The notes under the pieces are model-generated. The model was not told the origin of the DNA, made no database searches, and saw nothing but the letters and a program-made list of their open reading frames with translations. A DNA stretch of 59,294 bases from an uncultured Bacilli bacterium. GTDB lineage: Bacteria > Bacillota_I > Bacilli_A > RF39 > UBA660. Location of the stretch: contig CANQDV010000002.1 of assembly GCA_947593955.1 (NCBI GenBank), positions 1 through 59,294 of the forward strand, in the 5' to 3' direction. Shown in pieces: positions 49,080 to 58,769 of the stretch (within the stretch, counting starts at the first letter, position 1; the number at the start of each line of letters is the position of its first letter). The translations under genes and the position numbers were made by a program.

Positions 49080-49883
49080 ATGAATTCAAAAATTGCTTTG
49101 ATAACAGATATACATTCAAATTTAGAAGCGTTAAAAGCGATACTTTTGGATGTTAAAAGACAGAATATAAAAACGATTTATTCTTTGGGTGATCTAATTG
49201 GATTAGGTCCTCATCCCAAAGAATGTTTAGATTTATTGTTGAATAATAATATTATACCAATACTTGGTAATGCCGAATATTATATAACTTTAGGAGTTGA
49301 AAATTTTGAATATTTAAAGAAGCATAATACTGAACGTTATGATAATGCTATATGGACAAAAGAGCAATTGACCCTTGAACAAATAAATAGTTTAAGTTCT
49401 ATGGCAAATTCCATAGAGTTACAAATTTGTGGCAAAAGTGTAGCTTTATGTCATTTTCCAATAGATGTTCGTTACGATTTTTTGGGGATTAGAAAATATA
49501 ACGGAATAAATGTACGTCCTTTTTTTGAAACTAATACTTCCAAAGATATTAGATTTATAGAACCTACATCAAAATTAAAAACTGTGGCAAATCAAGATCC
49601 ATTATTTAATGGGAAGAAGATAAATGATTTTGATATAATAATCTTTGGACATTATCATTTTTATCGTGAACATAAAGTTAATGGAGTAGAGTTTTATTCT
49701 CTTAACGGTTCTGGTGTTGGTATAGATAAACAAGCAATCTATTATACATTGGAAGTTGAAAATGATGAAATAATAGTAAAAGAAAATAAAGTTGATTATG
49801 ATTATGAAAAGGTCTATAGCGAATTGGAACATTTAGACTACCCAAACAAAGAAACTTTTAAAAGATATATTAAAAAAATATAA
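49080..49883 (+). CDS. Calcineurin-like metallophosphoesterase
   Basis: ORF from TTG 49035; ATG 49080 follows AAAGGAG. Motifs ITDIHSN, GDLIGLG, GNAEYY, GHYH. Confidence 0.8.
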   Translation: MNSKIALITDIHSNLEALKAILLDVKRQNIKTIYSLGDLIGLGPHPKECLDLLLNNNIIPILGNAEYYITLGVENFEYLKKHNTERYDNAIWTKEQLTLEQINSLSSMANSIELQICGKSVALCHFPIDVRYDFLGIRKYNGINVRPFFETNTSKDIRFIEPTSKLKTVANQDPLFNGKKINDFDIIIFGHYHFYREHKVNGVEFYSLNGSGVGIDKQAIYYTLEVENDEIIVKENKVDYDYEKVYSELEHLDYPNKETFKRYIKKI

Positions 49884-49903
49884 TATATAAAAAGTGAAAT
49901 TTG

Positions 49904-50647
49904 ATGGATGAACTTATAGAAATTGCTAGACATGATGATATAGTGAATTATGAATATTTAGTTAATAATCAAATTCATACTTTTAGTGCTATACCAAAGG
50001 AAAATATAAGAAATATAGTAATATATTGTCATGGATTAGGTAGCAATAAAAATTGGGTAGTACGGTTTTATAAAGAATTAACTAATCATAATATAGGAAT
50101 AATAGCTTTTGATTTTCCTGGACATGGAGAAGATACAACAGATTTTTCAAAATTTGCTTTGAGTTTATGTATAAATTATTTGAATGATATTATTAAATAT
50201 GTTCAAACAAATTATAATGTTCCGATTTGTTTGTTCGGGTGTAGTTTTGGTGGCTTTGTAGTTTTAAATAAATTAATAGAAAATAGTGATGATATTTATA
50301 AGACTATATTAATGTGTCCTGCAATTAATTTTTGCCAGATTGTAGAAAAAAAGTCAAATATTTCACTTGAATATTACAATTCCAATTTATATATGTCATT
50401 ATATAATAATATAAAAATTTATAAAAAAGCATATTTGGAATTTAAAAAGGGCGAAATAAAAATCCAAAATAGTGATTTTCAAAATATCGCTATCATTCAA
50501 GGGACATTGGATAAAACTGTTTTATTTAATGATATTAAAAAGTTCTGTAAAAAGAAAAACATAGAATTAAAAATTATAAATGGTGGAAAACATGAATTAT
50601 ATGAGTTCGATAGGGATATTATTGACTTTTTATTAAAGCATTTATAG
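49904..50647 (+). CDS. Alpha/beta-fold hydrolase
   Basis: About 247 aa; HGLGSNK, nucleophile elbow GCSFGG, C-terminal GGKHEL. Confidence 0.75.
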   Translation: MDELIEIARHDDIVNYEYLVNNQIHTFSAIPKENIRNIVIYCHGLGSNKNWVVRFYKELTNHNIGIIAFDFPGHGEDTTDFSKFALSLCINYLNDIIKYVQTNYNVPICLFGCSFGGFVVLNKLIENSDDIYKTILMCPAINFCQIVEKKSNISLEYYNSNLYMSLYNNIKIYKKAYLEFKKGEIKIQNSDFQNIAIIQGTLDKTVLFNDIKKFCKKKNIELKIINGGKHELYEFDRDIIDFLLKHL

Positions 50648-50706
50648 TTATTTTAATGATAAAGTGTTGTTATTAGCGATATTTACTTTTTATTAATGGA
50701 GGGAAA

Positions 50707-51369
50707 ATGAAGAACAAATTATACTTTATATCAACTGTTATAATAATTTTAATAATCATAGTAGCAGTAGTAAGTGTTATTAAAATAAATAATTTAAAAG
50801 GTAACGATATTAATTTTGATATCAAAAAATATTCAGGTATGTGGGAAATATATGACGCTAATCTTAATGCTATTAAGACAAGCATGGATAAAATAACAGA
50901 ATCAAATGATAATTTTTATTGGTGGAAATTGAAAGATTTTTCTATTGAGGATAAAGACTATGAGTCTATCTTAAATAGTTTAGTAAGTGATATTAGAATG
51001 TGTTACATAGAATATACTGATGATGGTAGCATGTATACAGATTCTAATCCTATTCGTAAATATAGAGGTAAAGATAAAATTACTAAGAAAGAGTTAACGG
51101 ACTTACAATGGCGAATGTCAACAGAGAACTGTAGAGTTGGAACTTTTGACACATATAGTAACTTGCTTATTAGTAACGATAGTAATAGGCGAGAATTATT
51201 ATTGTCAAAGATTGATGAAATAGTTAATCTAAATTCTATATCTGGAACAAGATTTGTTGATGATAATTACTCATATGAAGCCTTATTATCTTATAAAGTA
51301 ATTGAAACATCACTTTTAAGTAAATTAAGTTATTGGTTAGAAATAGAATATTCTAACTTAAAGAATTAA
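50707..51369 (+). CDS. Membrane-anchored hypothetical protein
   Basis: 220 aa; N-terminal TM LYFISTVIIILIIIVAVVSVI; the remainder has no recognisable motif. Confidence 0.5.
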   Translation: MKNKLYFISTVIIILIIIVAVVSVIKINNLKGNDINFDIKKYSGMWEIYDANLNAIKTSMDKITESNDNFYWWKLKDFSIEDKDYESILNSLVSDIRMCYIEYTDDGSMYTDSNPIRKYRGKDKITKKELTDLQWRMSTENCRVGTFDTYSNLLISNDSNRRELLLSKIDEIVNLNSISGTRFVDDNYSYEALLSYKVIETSLLSKLSYWLEIEYSNLKN

Positions 51370-51494
51370 AGTAGACTAGTCATATTAGAAATCTAAATTT
51401 TATGACATAGCGATTAACAATTAGTAGTAAAACTATATATTATTTTGATAATAAAAAAAATATTCAAAACATATAATTACTTGGGGATGATTAT

Positions 51495-52274
51495 ATGTTT
51501 TTTAAAGTAGGAGATTTAGTAACAAGAAAGTCACATGATAATGACATAGTATTTAAAATAGTTGAAGTAGTTGATAAATTGGCATATCTAAAAGGATTAA
51601 ATGTAAGGCTGTATGCTGATAGTAATATGGAGGATTTAAAGCTAGTAGAAGATGCCAGAATTGATGATAATGAATTGTTAGATAGAGTAAATGGTTCAAT
51701 CAATTTAGATAGAAGTGAATATTTTTACTTACCAGGCAAGGTTTTACATTTTGATGGGGACTCTGAATATTTAGAACGATGTATGAACTTTTATAAAAAA
51801 CTAAAAATAATGGCCTATGGTGTGAATTTAAAAGAAGATGAAATATATTTAGAAATTGAAAAATATTTAGAAGATTTAAGACCTGATATTGTTGTTATTA
51901 CAGGACATGATGTTTTTTATAAAAAAAGAGGAAATATTGATGATATAGAAAATTATAAAAATAGTATGAACTTTGTAAAAGCTATCAAAATGGCAAGGGA
52001 ATATGAAAAATCACATGACAAATTAATAATAATTGCTGGTGCATGCCAATCTGATTATGAAGAATTGATAAAAGCAGGTGCTAATTTTGCAAGTAGCCCT
52101 AAACGAGTGAATTTGCATGCATTAGATCCTGCTATAGTTGCTTCTTCTATAGCTTTATCTGATAAAAGTAAACCAATTGATTTAATTAATATAATAGAAA
52201 AGACCAAATACAAAGAAGAAGGCTTTGGTGGAATAATTACTAATGGTACAATGTATACGGGGTATCCAAGATGA
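51495..52274 (+). CDS. yabG: Sporulation-specific protease YabG
   Basis: 259 aa; VGDLVTRKS..DI.F.I N-terminus, VLHFDGD, VVITGHD, IAGACQS motifs. yabG-veg synteny. Confidence 0.88.
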   Translation: MFFKVGDLVTRKSHDNDIVFKIVEVVDKLAYLKGLNVRLYADSNMEDLKLVEDARIDDNELLDRVNGSINLDRSEYFYLPGKVLHFDGDSEYLERCMNFYKKLKIMAYGVNLKEDEIYLEIEKYLEDLRPDIVVITGHDVFYKKRGNIDDIENYKNSMNFVKAIKMAREYEKSHDKLIIIAGACQSDYEELIKAGANFASSPKRVNLHALDPAIVASSIALSDKSKPIDLINIIEKTKYKEEGFGGIITNGTMYTGYPR

Positions 52275-52495
52275 ATATAGAAAAAATCAAAAGTCGGTTG
52301 GAAGAAAGTAAAGGTAAGACATTAAAGTTTAAATTCAATGGTGCTAGAAATCAGGTTGAAGAATTTAATGGAGTAATTGAAAATACATATAACTATGTTT
52401 TTTTAGTTAAAATTCAAGATGATAGCAAGCAAATAAGATCATTTAGTTATACTGACATTTTAACTGAAAGTCTAGAAATTTTTATTGATAATTAA
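52271..52495 (+). CDS. veg: Veg protein (biofilm/sporulation-associated small protein)
   Basis: 74 aa; IKSRLEESKGKTLKFKFNGARNQ..EF.GVIENTY...F pattern of Veg; 4-nt overlap with yabG. Confidence 0.88.
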   Translation: MNIEKIKSRLEESKGKTLKFKFNGARNQVEEFNGVIENTYNYVFLVKIQDDSKQIRSFSYTDILTESLEIFIDN

Positions 52496-52583
52496 GAAAA
52501 ACATTGCATTTTAAGGCAATTTATTATATGATAATATTGCAAAGGATGGTATTAGTACCTACTTTAAGAAGGAGGATAGGCGA

Positions 52584-52856
52584 ATGAAAATCACATCTGT
52601 AAATGTGCGCAAGGTAGAAAAGGAAAATTCACGTATGAAAGGAATTGCATCAGTACTTATTGATGACTGTTTTGCAGTACACGACATAAGAATTATTGAG
52701 GGGGACAATGGTCTATTTATCGCAATGCCAAGCAGAAAGACAGCAACTGGTGCATATCGTGATATAGCTCATCCAATTAATCCTGAAGGCCGCGCAATGT
52801 TTGAAGAAGCTATTTTTGAAGCATATAAAAATGCTGATCAACCTTCAGAAGAATAA
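52584..52856 (+). CDS. spoVG: Septation/sporulation regulator SpoVG
   Basis: 90 aa; MKITSVNVRKV...GIASVLIDDCFAVHDIRIIEG.NGLFIAMPSRK...DIAHPIN. Confidence 0.95.
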   Translation: MKITSVNVRKVEKENSRMKGIASVLIDDCFAVHDIRIIEGDNGLFIAMPSRKTATGAYRDIAHPINPEGRAMFEEAIFEAYKNADQPSEE

Positions 52857-52867
52857 TATTATTAATT

Positions 52868-52892
52868 AGCAACAGAAATTGTTGCTTTTTTA
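52868..52892 (+). terminator. Intrinsic terminator of spoVG
   Basis: AGCAACA-GAAAU-UGUUGCU followed by U6. Confidence 0.75.
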
Positions 52893-52957
52893 ATGCATTA
52901 AAACAATTTTAATCATAAGTTATATATAATGTCATATATTTTATTAGGAGGAAGAAT

Positions 52958-53251
52958 ATGGACAAGTCAGAAAGCTCAATAACGAATTATAATCATGGAA
53001 TAAGCGTCATAGAAAGAAAAAACATTATTGTAACAGGAGTAAAAAAAATAGATAACTTTGATAACGAAGAATTTCTTATGGAAACAACAATGGGTTATTT
53101 AGTAGTAAAAGGGGAGGAGTTGGAATTAATAAAATTAGATACTATGCAGGGTAATGTATCAATTAAAGGATTAATAAATAGTTTTGCATATGCAGAAGAT
53201 GGAAAAGCCAAAGATAAACAAAATAGTATTTTTAATAGGTTATTTAAATAA
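52958..53251 (+). CDS. yabP: Sporulation protein YabP
   Basis: 97 aa; ISVIERKNIIVTGVKKIDNFDNEEFLMET..G.L.VKGE.L....L....G.V.I.G pattern. Confidence 0.85.
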   Translation: MDKSESSITNYNHGISVIERKNIIVTGVKKIDNFDNEEFLMETTMGYLVVKGEELELIKLDTMQGNVSIKGLINSFAYAEDGKAKDKQNSIFNRLFK

Positions 53252-53547
53252 TGCCATTAGAGACACAATTACAATCTTTAATTTTTTCTTTTATCTTTGG
53301 ACTTTTTTTTGCATTAATATTTAATATTTTTTATCGTTTTTTGTTTAGAGGACATTTTATTTTTAAAATTATAAGTAATTTTATCTTTGTTATGGCAAAT
53401 ACATTATTATATTTTTTAGCTTTAAAAATAATTAATAATGGCATAATACATAGTTATTTTATAATTTTATTATTTTTAGGATTTATTATTGGAAACAAGA
53501 AAACAAAAGTTATTAGAAGTTACAAATTAGAAGCTATATATGATTAA
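53251..53547 (+). CDS. yabQ: Spore cortex biosynthesis protein YabQ-like
   Basis: 98 aa, three TM helices, start overlaps the yabP stop. Called on position and topology. Confidence 0.6.
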   Translation: MPLETQLQSLIFSFIFGLFFALIFNIFYRFLFRGHFIFKIISNFIFVMANTLLYFLALKIINNGIIHSYFIILLFLGFIIGNKKTKVIRSYKLEAIYD

Positions 53548-53574
53548 TTATATAAAATTGAATTTATGGATTTG

Positions 53575-53604
53575 AAAAATGTGATTAACTATTACATTTT
53601 TTTT
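53575..53604 (+). terminator. Intrinsic terminator after yabQ
   Basis: AAAAAUGU...ACAUUUUU hairpin followed by a U-run. Confidence 0.55.
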
Positions 53605-53762
53605 GATTTAATTAGAAAATTAAAGCAATTAATTATAATAAGAAGATAAATAAGGTTGTATATGGTAAAAAGTCAAAAATTAATAAATGTTATGAACTAG
53701 GAACTTAATGACATTCTTATAAATATGTTGTATAATTATATTGGGAATTTGTTGGAGGAATT

Positions 53763-54731
53763 ATGAAAATAGCTGATCAATATGTAAAAATAAATCAAAT
53801 TATAGAAAAGGCTTCAAATGTATTTGTGGTTGGGCATAAAGATTTAGATTTAGATGCTATCGGAGGAAGTTTAGCTATTTATAATTTTGTTCATAGTTTA
53901 AATAAGAATGTATATTTAATTGTAGATGATAGAAGAATGGAAGCGGGTGTTTCTAAGGTAATAAAAGAATTATCAAATACAATAAATTTTATACATAGTA
54001 GTAAAGCTTTTTTACTAAAAAATAATGATAGTTTGTTAATAATTGTAGATACAAATAAAGATTATTTAATGCAAAATCCTGCTCTTGCCAAAGAGTTTCC
54101 CAAAAAGATAGTTATAGATCATCATGAACAAGGCGAAGGCTCAATAAAAGATGGAGAAATAATAGTAGATACTGAATCATCTAGTACTTGTGAAATGATG
54201 ACAGCCTTCTTAAAATTAAATTCTTTTACTATTGATAGCTATTTAGCAACAGTTTTATTAGCGGGTATTGTGCTTGATACTAATAACTTTGTTTTAAAAA
54301 CTGATAGTAATACCTTCTATTATTCTTATTATTTAACAACATGTGGTGCTGATCCAAATAAAGTACAATATTTGTTAAAGCAAGACTTAAAAAAATATAT
54401 AAAAAGGCAAAAAATGATTACAAATGTTAAAATAATTAATAAAATAGCAGTTACAAGAGGAACTCAGGGCGTTTTATACCGTAGAGAAGATCTTGCTAAA
54501 ACCGCTGATACTTTATTGTTATTTAACAATATTGAAGCTTCTTTCGTTGTAGCTAAAATTGATAAAGATTGTGTTGGTATAAGTGCAAGATCAATGGGTA
54601 ACTTACATGTTGGCCAGGTATTAAGTAAATTAGGTGGGGGTGGAGATGCTAATGAAGCGGCAAGTAAAATTAGTAACACTACCACTAATAAAGTTGAAAA
54701 AGAACTTATTAATATAATAAATCATTTATAA
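53763..54731 (+). CDS. Stand-alone DHH/DHHA1 phosphoesterase (GdpP/NrnA family catalytic module)
   Basis: 322 aa; motifs DLDLDAIGG, IVDTN, VIDHHE, GIVLDTNNF, DHHA1 LGGGGDANEAAS. Lies upstream of rplI, where B. subtilis has gdpP. Confidence 0.8.
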   Translation: MKIADQYVKINQIIEKASNVFVVGHKDLDLDAIGGSLAIYNFVHSLNKNVYLIVDDRRMEAGVSKVIKELSNTINFIHSSKAFLLKNNDSLLIIVDTNKDYLMQNPALAKEFPKKIVIDHHEQGEGSIKDGEIIVDTESSSTCEMMTAFLKLNSFTIDSYLATVLLAGIVLDTNNFVLKTDSNTFYYSYYLTTCGADPNKVQYLLKQDLKKYIKRQKMITNVKIINKIAVTRGTQGVLYRREDLAKTADTLLLFNNIEASFVVAKIDKDCVGISARSMGNLHVGQVLSKLGGGGDANEAASKISNTTTNKVEKELINIINHL

Positions 54732-54743
54732 GGAGGAGTTATA

Positions 54744-55184
54744 GTGAAAGTCATATTTTTAAAAGATTTAAAAGGGCAAGGTAAAAAAGGTGATATAAAA
54801 GAAGTAAAAGATGGTTATGCACAAAATTTCTTAATAAAAAATGGTTATGCTACACAGTTATCTGCCTCTTCTTTAGGTAAATACAATCGCGAATGTGAGG
54901 AAAAGAAAGAATTAGATCAAAAATTAACTATAGAAGCAAATGAGTTAAAAGAAAAACTTGCAAAAGAAGAAATAATTTTTAAAGTAAAAACAGGAGAAGC
55001 TGACCGTGTATTTGGAAGTATTAGTCCAAAACAAATAAAAGAAGAGCTAGATAAGTTAGGATATAAAATTGATAAAAAACAGATTGAATTAGATCACACT
55101 ATTGCTAGCTTAGGGTATCATGATGTAAAAATTATTTTATATAAAGACATATTTGTGAATTTAAAAATCAAATTACAGAAGTAG
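54744..55184 (+). CDS. rplI: 50S ribosomal protein L9
   Basis: 146 aa, GTG start after [38 protein letters not shown]. Confidence 0.95.
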   Translation: MKVIFLKDLKGQGKKGDIKEVKDGYAQNFLIKNGYATQLSASSLGKYNRECEEKKELDQKLTIEANELKEKLAKEEIIFKVKTGEADRVFGSISPKQIKEELDKLGYKIDKKQIELDHTIASLGYHDVKIILYKDIFVNLKIKLQK

Positions 55185-55196
55185 GAGGTACAAAAC

Positions 55197-56555
55197 ATGC
55201 CAGTTAAAACCATACCCAACAATTTAGAGGCTGAACAATCAGTCATTGGTTCAATGTTCTTATCTCAATATGCACTTAATAAGGCATGTGAAACACTAAC
55301 AAAGGAATCATTTTATAATAATCAAAATGCTTTGATTTTTGATACAATTAAAAGTATGGCAGAAGCTAAAAAGCCAATTGATTTAACTACTCTTACTTCA
55401 GAATTAAAAAATAGAAATCTTTTAAATGATGTGGGTGGAGTTGAATATTTATCAGAAGTTTTAGAGATTGTTCCCACTGCTAGTAATATAGAATATTATA
55501 TAAAATTAGTAGAGGACTCTGCTATTTTAAGACGTTTAATAGAGGTTTCTACTACTATTACAACTAATGCTTATCAAAGCGAAGGTAATATTAATGAAAC
55601 ATTAGATGAAGCAGAAAGAAAAATCCTTAGTGTTGTCAAAAATAGACGTTCCACGGAATTTAGAACGATTAAAGAAGTATTAGATGCTACACAGGGTAAT
55701 TTAGAAAAATTAGCAGCGACTCAAGGAGAGATTACTGGATTACCTACTGGTTGGATAGATATTGATAATATAACTACAGGACTTCATGAGAATCAATTAA
55801 TTATAATTGCAGCTCGTCCTGCTATGGGTAAAACGGCTTTTGCCCTTAATTTAGCTAGTAATGTTGCTATAAACACGGGAAAAACCGTTGCCATTTTTAA
55901 CCTTGAAATGGGAGCTGAACAACTTGCTTCTAGAATGATTAGTTCTTTGGGACAGATAGAAGGGAAAAAACTAGCAACAGGAAAATTATTAAATGATGAT
56001 TGGAAAAGAGTTAATGAAGCGATAAGTCAACTTTCCAATGTTAAAATGTATATGGATGATACGCCAGGAATAACTATTGGTGAAATTCGTTCTAAATGTA
56101 GAAGATTGGCAAGCAGTGAAGAAGGATTAGGACTTGTCATAATCGATTATTTGCAATTAATTTCATCTACAGTTAACTACGGTGCTAACCGTCAACAAGA
56201 AGTATCAGATATTTCAAGATCTCTTAAAACGATGGCAATGGAATTAAATATTCCAGTAGTTGCTCTTGCCCAATTATCTCGTGCAGTTGATATTCGTGAA
56301 AATAAAAGACCAATTATGAGTGATTTAAGAGAGTCTGGATCAATTGAGCAAGATGCAGATATTGTCGCTTTCTTGTATAGAGATGATTACTATAATAAAG
56401 AATCAGCCATTGATCAAAATACTAGTGTAAGTGAATTTATTATTGCTAAACATCGTAATGGACCTACTGCTACTATTGAATTACTTTTTAAAAGAGATAC
56501 TTCTACATTTTTAAGCTATCAAAAAGAAGGAATGGGTGGTTATAGTGAAAGTTAA
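55197..56555 (+). CDS. dnaB: Replicative DNA helicase (DnaB family; DnaC in B. subtilis nomenclature)
   Basis: 452 aa; PNNLEAEQSVIGSM N-terminus, Walker A ARPAMGKTAFALN, Walker B VIIDYLQLI, SGSIEQDAD. Confidence 0.96.
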   Translation: MPVKTIPNNLEAEQSVIGSMFLSQYALNKACETLTKESFYNNQNALIFDTIKSMAEAKKPIDLTTLTSELKNRNLLNDVGGVEYLSEVLEIVPTASNIEYYIKLVEDSAILRRLIEVSTTITTNAYQSEGNINETLDEAERKILSVVKNRRSTEFRTIKEVLDATQGNLEKLAATQGEITGLPTGWIDIDNITTGLHENQLIIIAARPAMGKTAFALNLASNVAINTGKTVAIFNLEMGAEQLASRMISSLGQIEGKKLATGKLLNDDWKRVNEAISQLSNVKMYMDDTPGITIGEIRSKCRRLASSEEGLGLVIIDYLQLISSTVNYGANRQQEVSDISRSLKTMAMELNIPVVALAQLSRAVDIRENKRPIMSDLRESGSIEQDADIVAFLYRDDYYNKESAIDQNTSVSEFIIAKHRNGPTATIELLFKRDTSTFLSYQKEGMGGYSES

Positions 56556-58008
56556 AACAATTTTATATACAGCAATCGCATTATTAATAAGTTCCTTTAT
56601 ATTTTTTATTAATTCGCCTAAAGTATATGATCCTCAAGAATTATATCATGTTTATTTAGATGGAAAATCAATTGGACATGTATATTCCAAAAATGAATTG
56701 GAAAAATATATAGATACCGAAGAAGAGAATATTAAAGAACAATATAATGTTGACAAAGTATATATACCTAATAATTTAGATATTGTTAAAGAGGTAACTT
56801 ATAATGAAAAAGTATATAGTGCCAAAAGTATTTATGAGGAAATTAAAGATAAAGCATCCTTTACAATAAAAGGTTATACTATCACTATAAAAGGTGTAGA
56901 AGAGATGACTGAAGAAGGTACTGTAAAAAATGATGATATAGTTATTAATGTTTTAGATAAACAAGTTTTTATAGATGCTGTTAATAATACAATTGAAGCT
57001 TTTGTTGATGAGGAAAATTATGCTGACTTTTTAAATAATAGTCAAACTCCCATAACTGATACTGGTAGTATTATAGAAGATGTATATGTTCAAAATGATA
57101 TTCTTATTAAAGAAGCTAATATATCTATCAAAGATCAAATATTTTTGAATAGTGAAGATTTAAGTAAATACTTATTATTTGGAACGTTGGACGAACAAGA
57201 AAAATATATCGTTAAACCTGGAGATACTATTGAAAGTGTATCATTTAATAATAGATTATCAGTAGGAGAATTTTTAATATCCAATACAGAGTTTAATAGT
57301 GCAGATAATTTATTATATGCAGGTCAAGTAGTTACTTTAGGAGTTGTTAAACCAGCAGTAAAAGTAGTTGAAGAAGATTATGTTGTTACTATAGAAAATA
57401 GTAATTATACTATTGTATATGAAGATGATGATACTCTTCCTATTGGTATGGAAATTGTAAAGCAAAAGGGAGAAAATGGTATTAACAAAGTAACAAGACG
57501 TCTACAAGTAATTAATGGTGATATCAGGGGTGTTGAACCACTTTCTCAAGAAGAAATAAAACCAACTATTTCACAAATTATTATAAGAGGTCAAAAATAT
57601 GTTTCTAATATAGGTAATCCAAGAGTTTGGGTATGGCCTACAGCTAATAACTATGTAATAAGCAGTCCATTTGGATGGCGTTGGGGAAAATTACATGAGG
57701 GACTAGATATTTCAGGACCAGGTAATGGGTCTCCAATATATGCTGCTAATAATGGTGTTGTAGAGATAGCTGAATGGAATGATTATAATGGATATTATAT
57801 ATATATAAATCATAATAATGGGTATTATTCTGTATATGGTCATATGTCTTCCTTAAATGTTTCACCAGGTCAAGTAGTAGAAGCAGGTCAAGTAATTGGT
57901 GGAATGGGAGAAACTGGATTCGCATTTGGTGTTCATTTGCATTTTAGCATTTTTGTTGGTAATCCAAATTATGGAGGAACGGCAGTTAATCCGTTACAGT
58001 TCTACTAA
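56536..58008 (+). CDS. Membrane-anchored LysM + G5 + M23 metallopeptidase
   Basis: 490 aa; GTG start overlapping the dnaB 3' end by 20 nt. TM anchor, LysM-like VKPGDTIESVSF, G5-like IVKQKGENGINKV, M23 motifs HEGLDISG ... GVHLHFSI. Confidence 0.85.
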   Translation: MVIVKVKTILYTAIALLISSFIFFINSPKVYDPQELYHVYLDGKSIGHVYSKNELEKYIDTEEENIKEQYNVDKVYIPNNLDIVKEVTYNEKVYSAKSIYEEIKDKASFTIKGYTITIKGVEEMTEEGTVKNDDIVINVLDKQVFIDAVNNTIEAFVDEENYADFLNNSQTPITDTGSIIEDVYVQNDILIKEANISIKDQIFLNSEDLSKYLLFGTLDEQEKYIVKPGDTIESVSFNNRLSVGEFLISNTEFNSADNLLYAGQVVTLGVVKPAVKVVEEDYVVTIENSNYTIVYEDDDTLPIGMEIVKQKGENGINKVTRRLQVINGDIRGVEPLSQEEIKPTISQIIIRGQKYVSNIGNPRVWVWPTANNYVISSPFGWRWGKLHEGLDISGPGNGSPIYAANNGVVEIAEWNDYNGYYIYINHNNGYYSVYGHMSSLNVSPGQVVEAGQVIGGMGETGFAFGVHLHFSIFVGNPNYGGTAVNPLQFY

Positions 58009-58769
58009 TGAAAGTTAAAGTATTAGCAAGTGGTTCTAAAGGGAATTGCACTTTAGTAATAAGTAAGAATACTAAAATATTAATAGATGTAGGAATTACT
58101 GTGCCTCAAATAAAAAACAGTTTAGATAATTTGCAAATAAATATTGAAAGTATTGATGGTATATTAATTTCTCATATTCATACAGATCATATTAAAGGAT
58201 TATCAAGTATAGTAAAAAGGTATGGTTTAAAAGTATATGCAAAGCCAGAACTATTATATGATTTAGTAAAGTATATACCTGTTGATACAATTGAGATAGT
58301 AAATGATATTGCCACAATTAATAATATAAAAGTACAGTTTATAGAGACATCTCACGATGTTACTTCTTATGGATTTATTATTAGTGATGATAAAGCTTCT
58401 ATGGTTTATATAACTGATACTGGATATATAAATAAAAAATATGAACCCATTACTAAAAATAAAGATATATATATAATCGAAACTAATCATGATGAAGAGA
58501 TGTTAATGAATGGACCTTATCCTTATCAATTAAAACAAAGAGTTATTAGTGACAAAGGGCATTTATCTAATAAATATACAGGTAAATACTTAACTAAAGT
58601 AATTGGTAATAATACAAAATATGTTTTTTTGGCACATATTAGTGAAAATAATAACACATATGATTTAGCATTAGAACAAATAAAAGAAGAACTTTCACCA
58701 ATACATTTTGATGAAGATAAAATAATTGTTACACATCAAAATGAAGAAACAGAAATGGTAGAAGTTTAA
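58008..58769 (+). CDS. MBL-fold metallo-hydrolase (YycJ/WalJ-like)
   Basis: 253 aa; HIHTDHIKG motif. Start overlaps the preceding stop. Confidence 0.85.
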   Translation: MKVKVLASGSKGNCTLVISKNTKILIDVGITVPQIKNSLDNLQINIESIDGILISHIHTDHIKGLSSIVKRYGLKVYAKPELLYDLVKYIPVDTIEIVNDIATINNIKVQFIETSHDVTSYGFIISDDKASMVYITDTGYINKKYEPITKNKDIYIIETNHDEEMLMNGPYPYQLKQRVISDKGHLSNKYTGKYLTKVIGNNTKYVFLAHISENNNTYDLALEQIKEELSPIHFDEDKIIVTHQNEETEMVEV

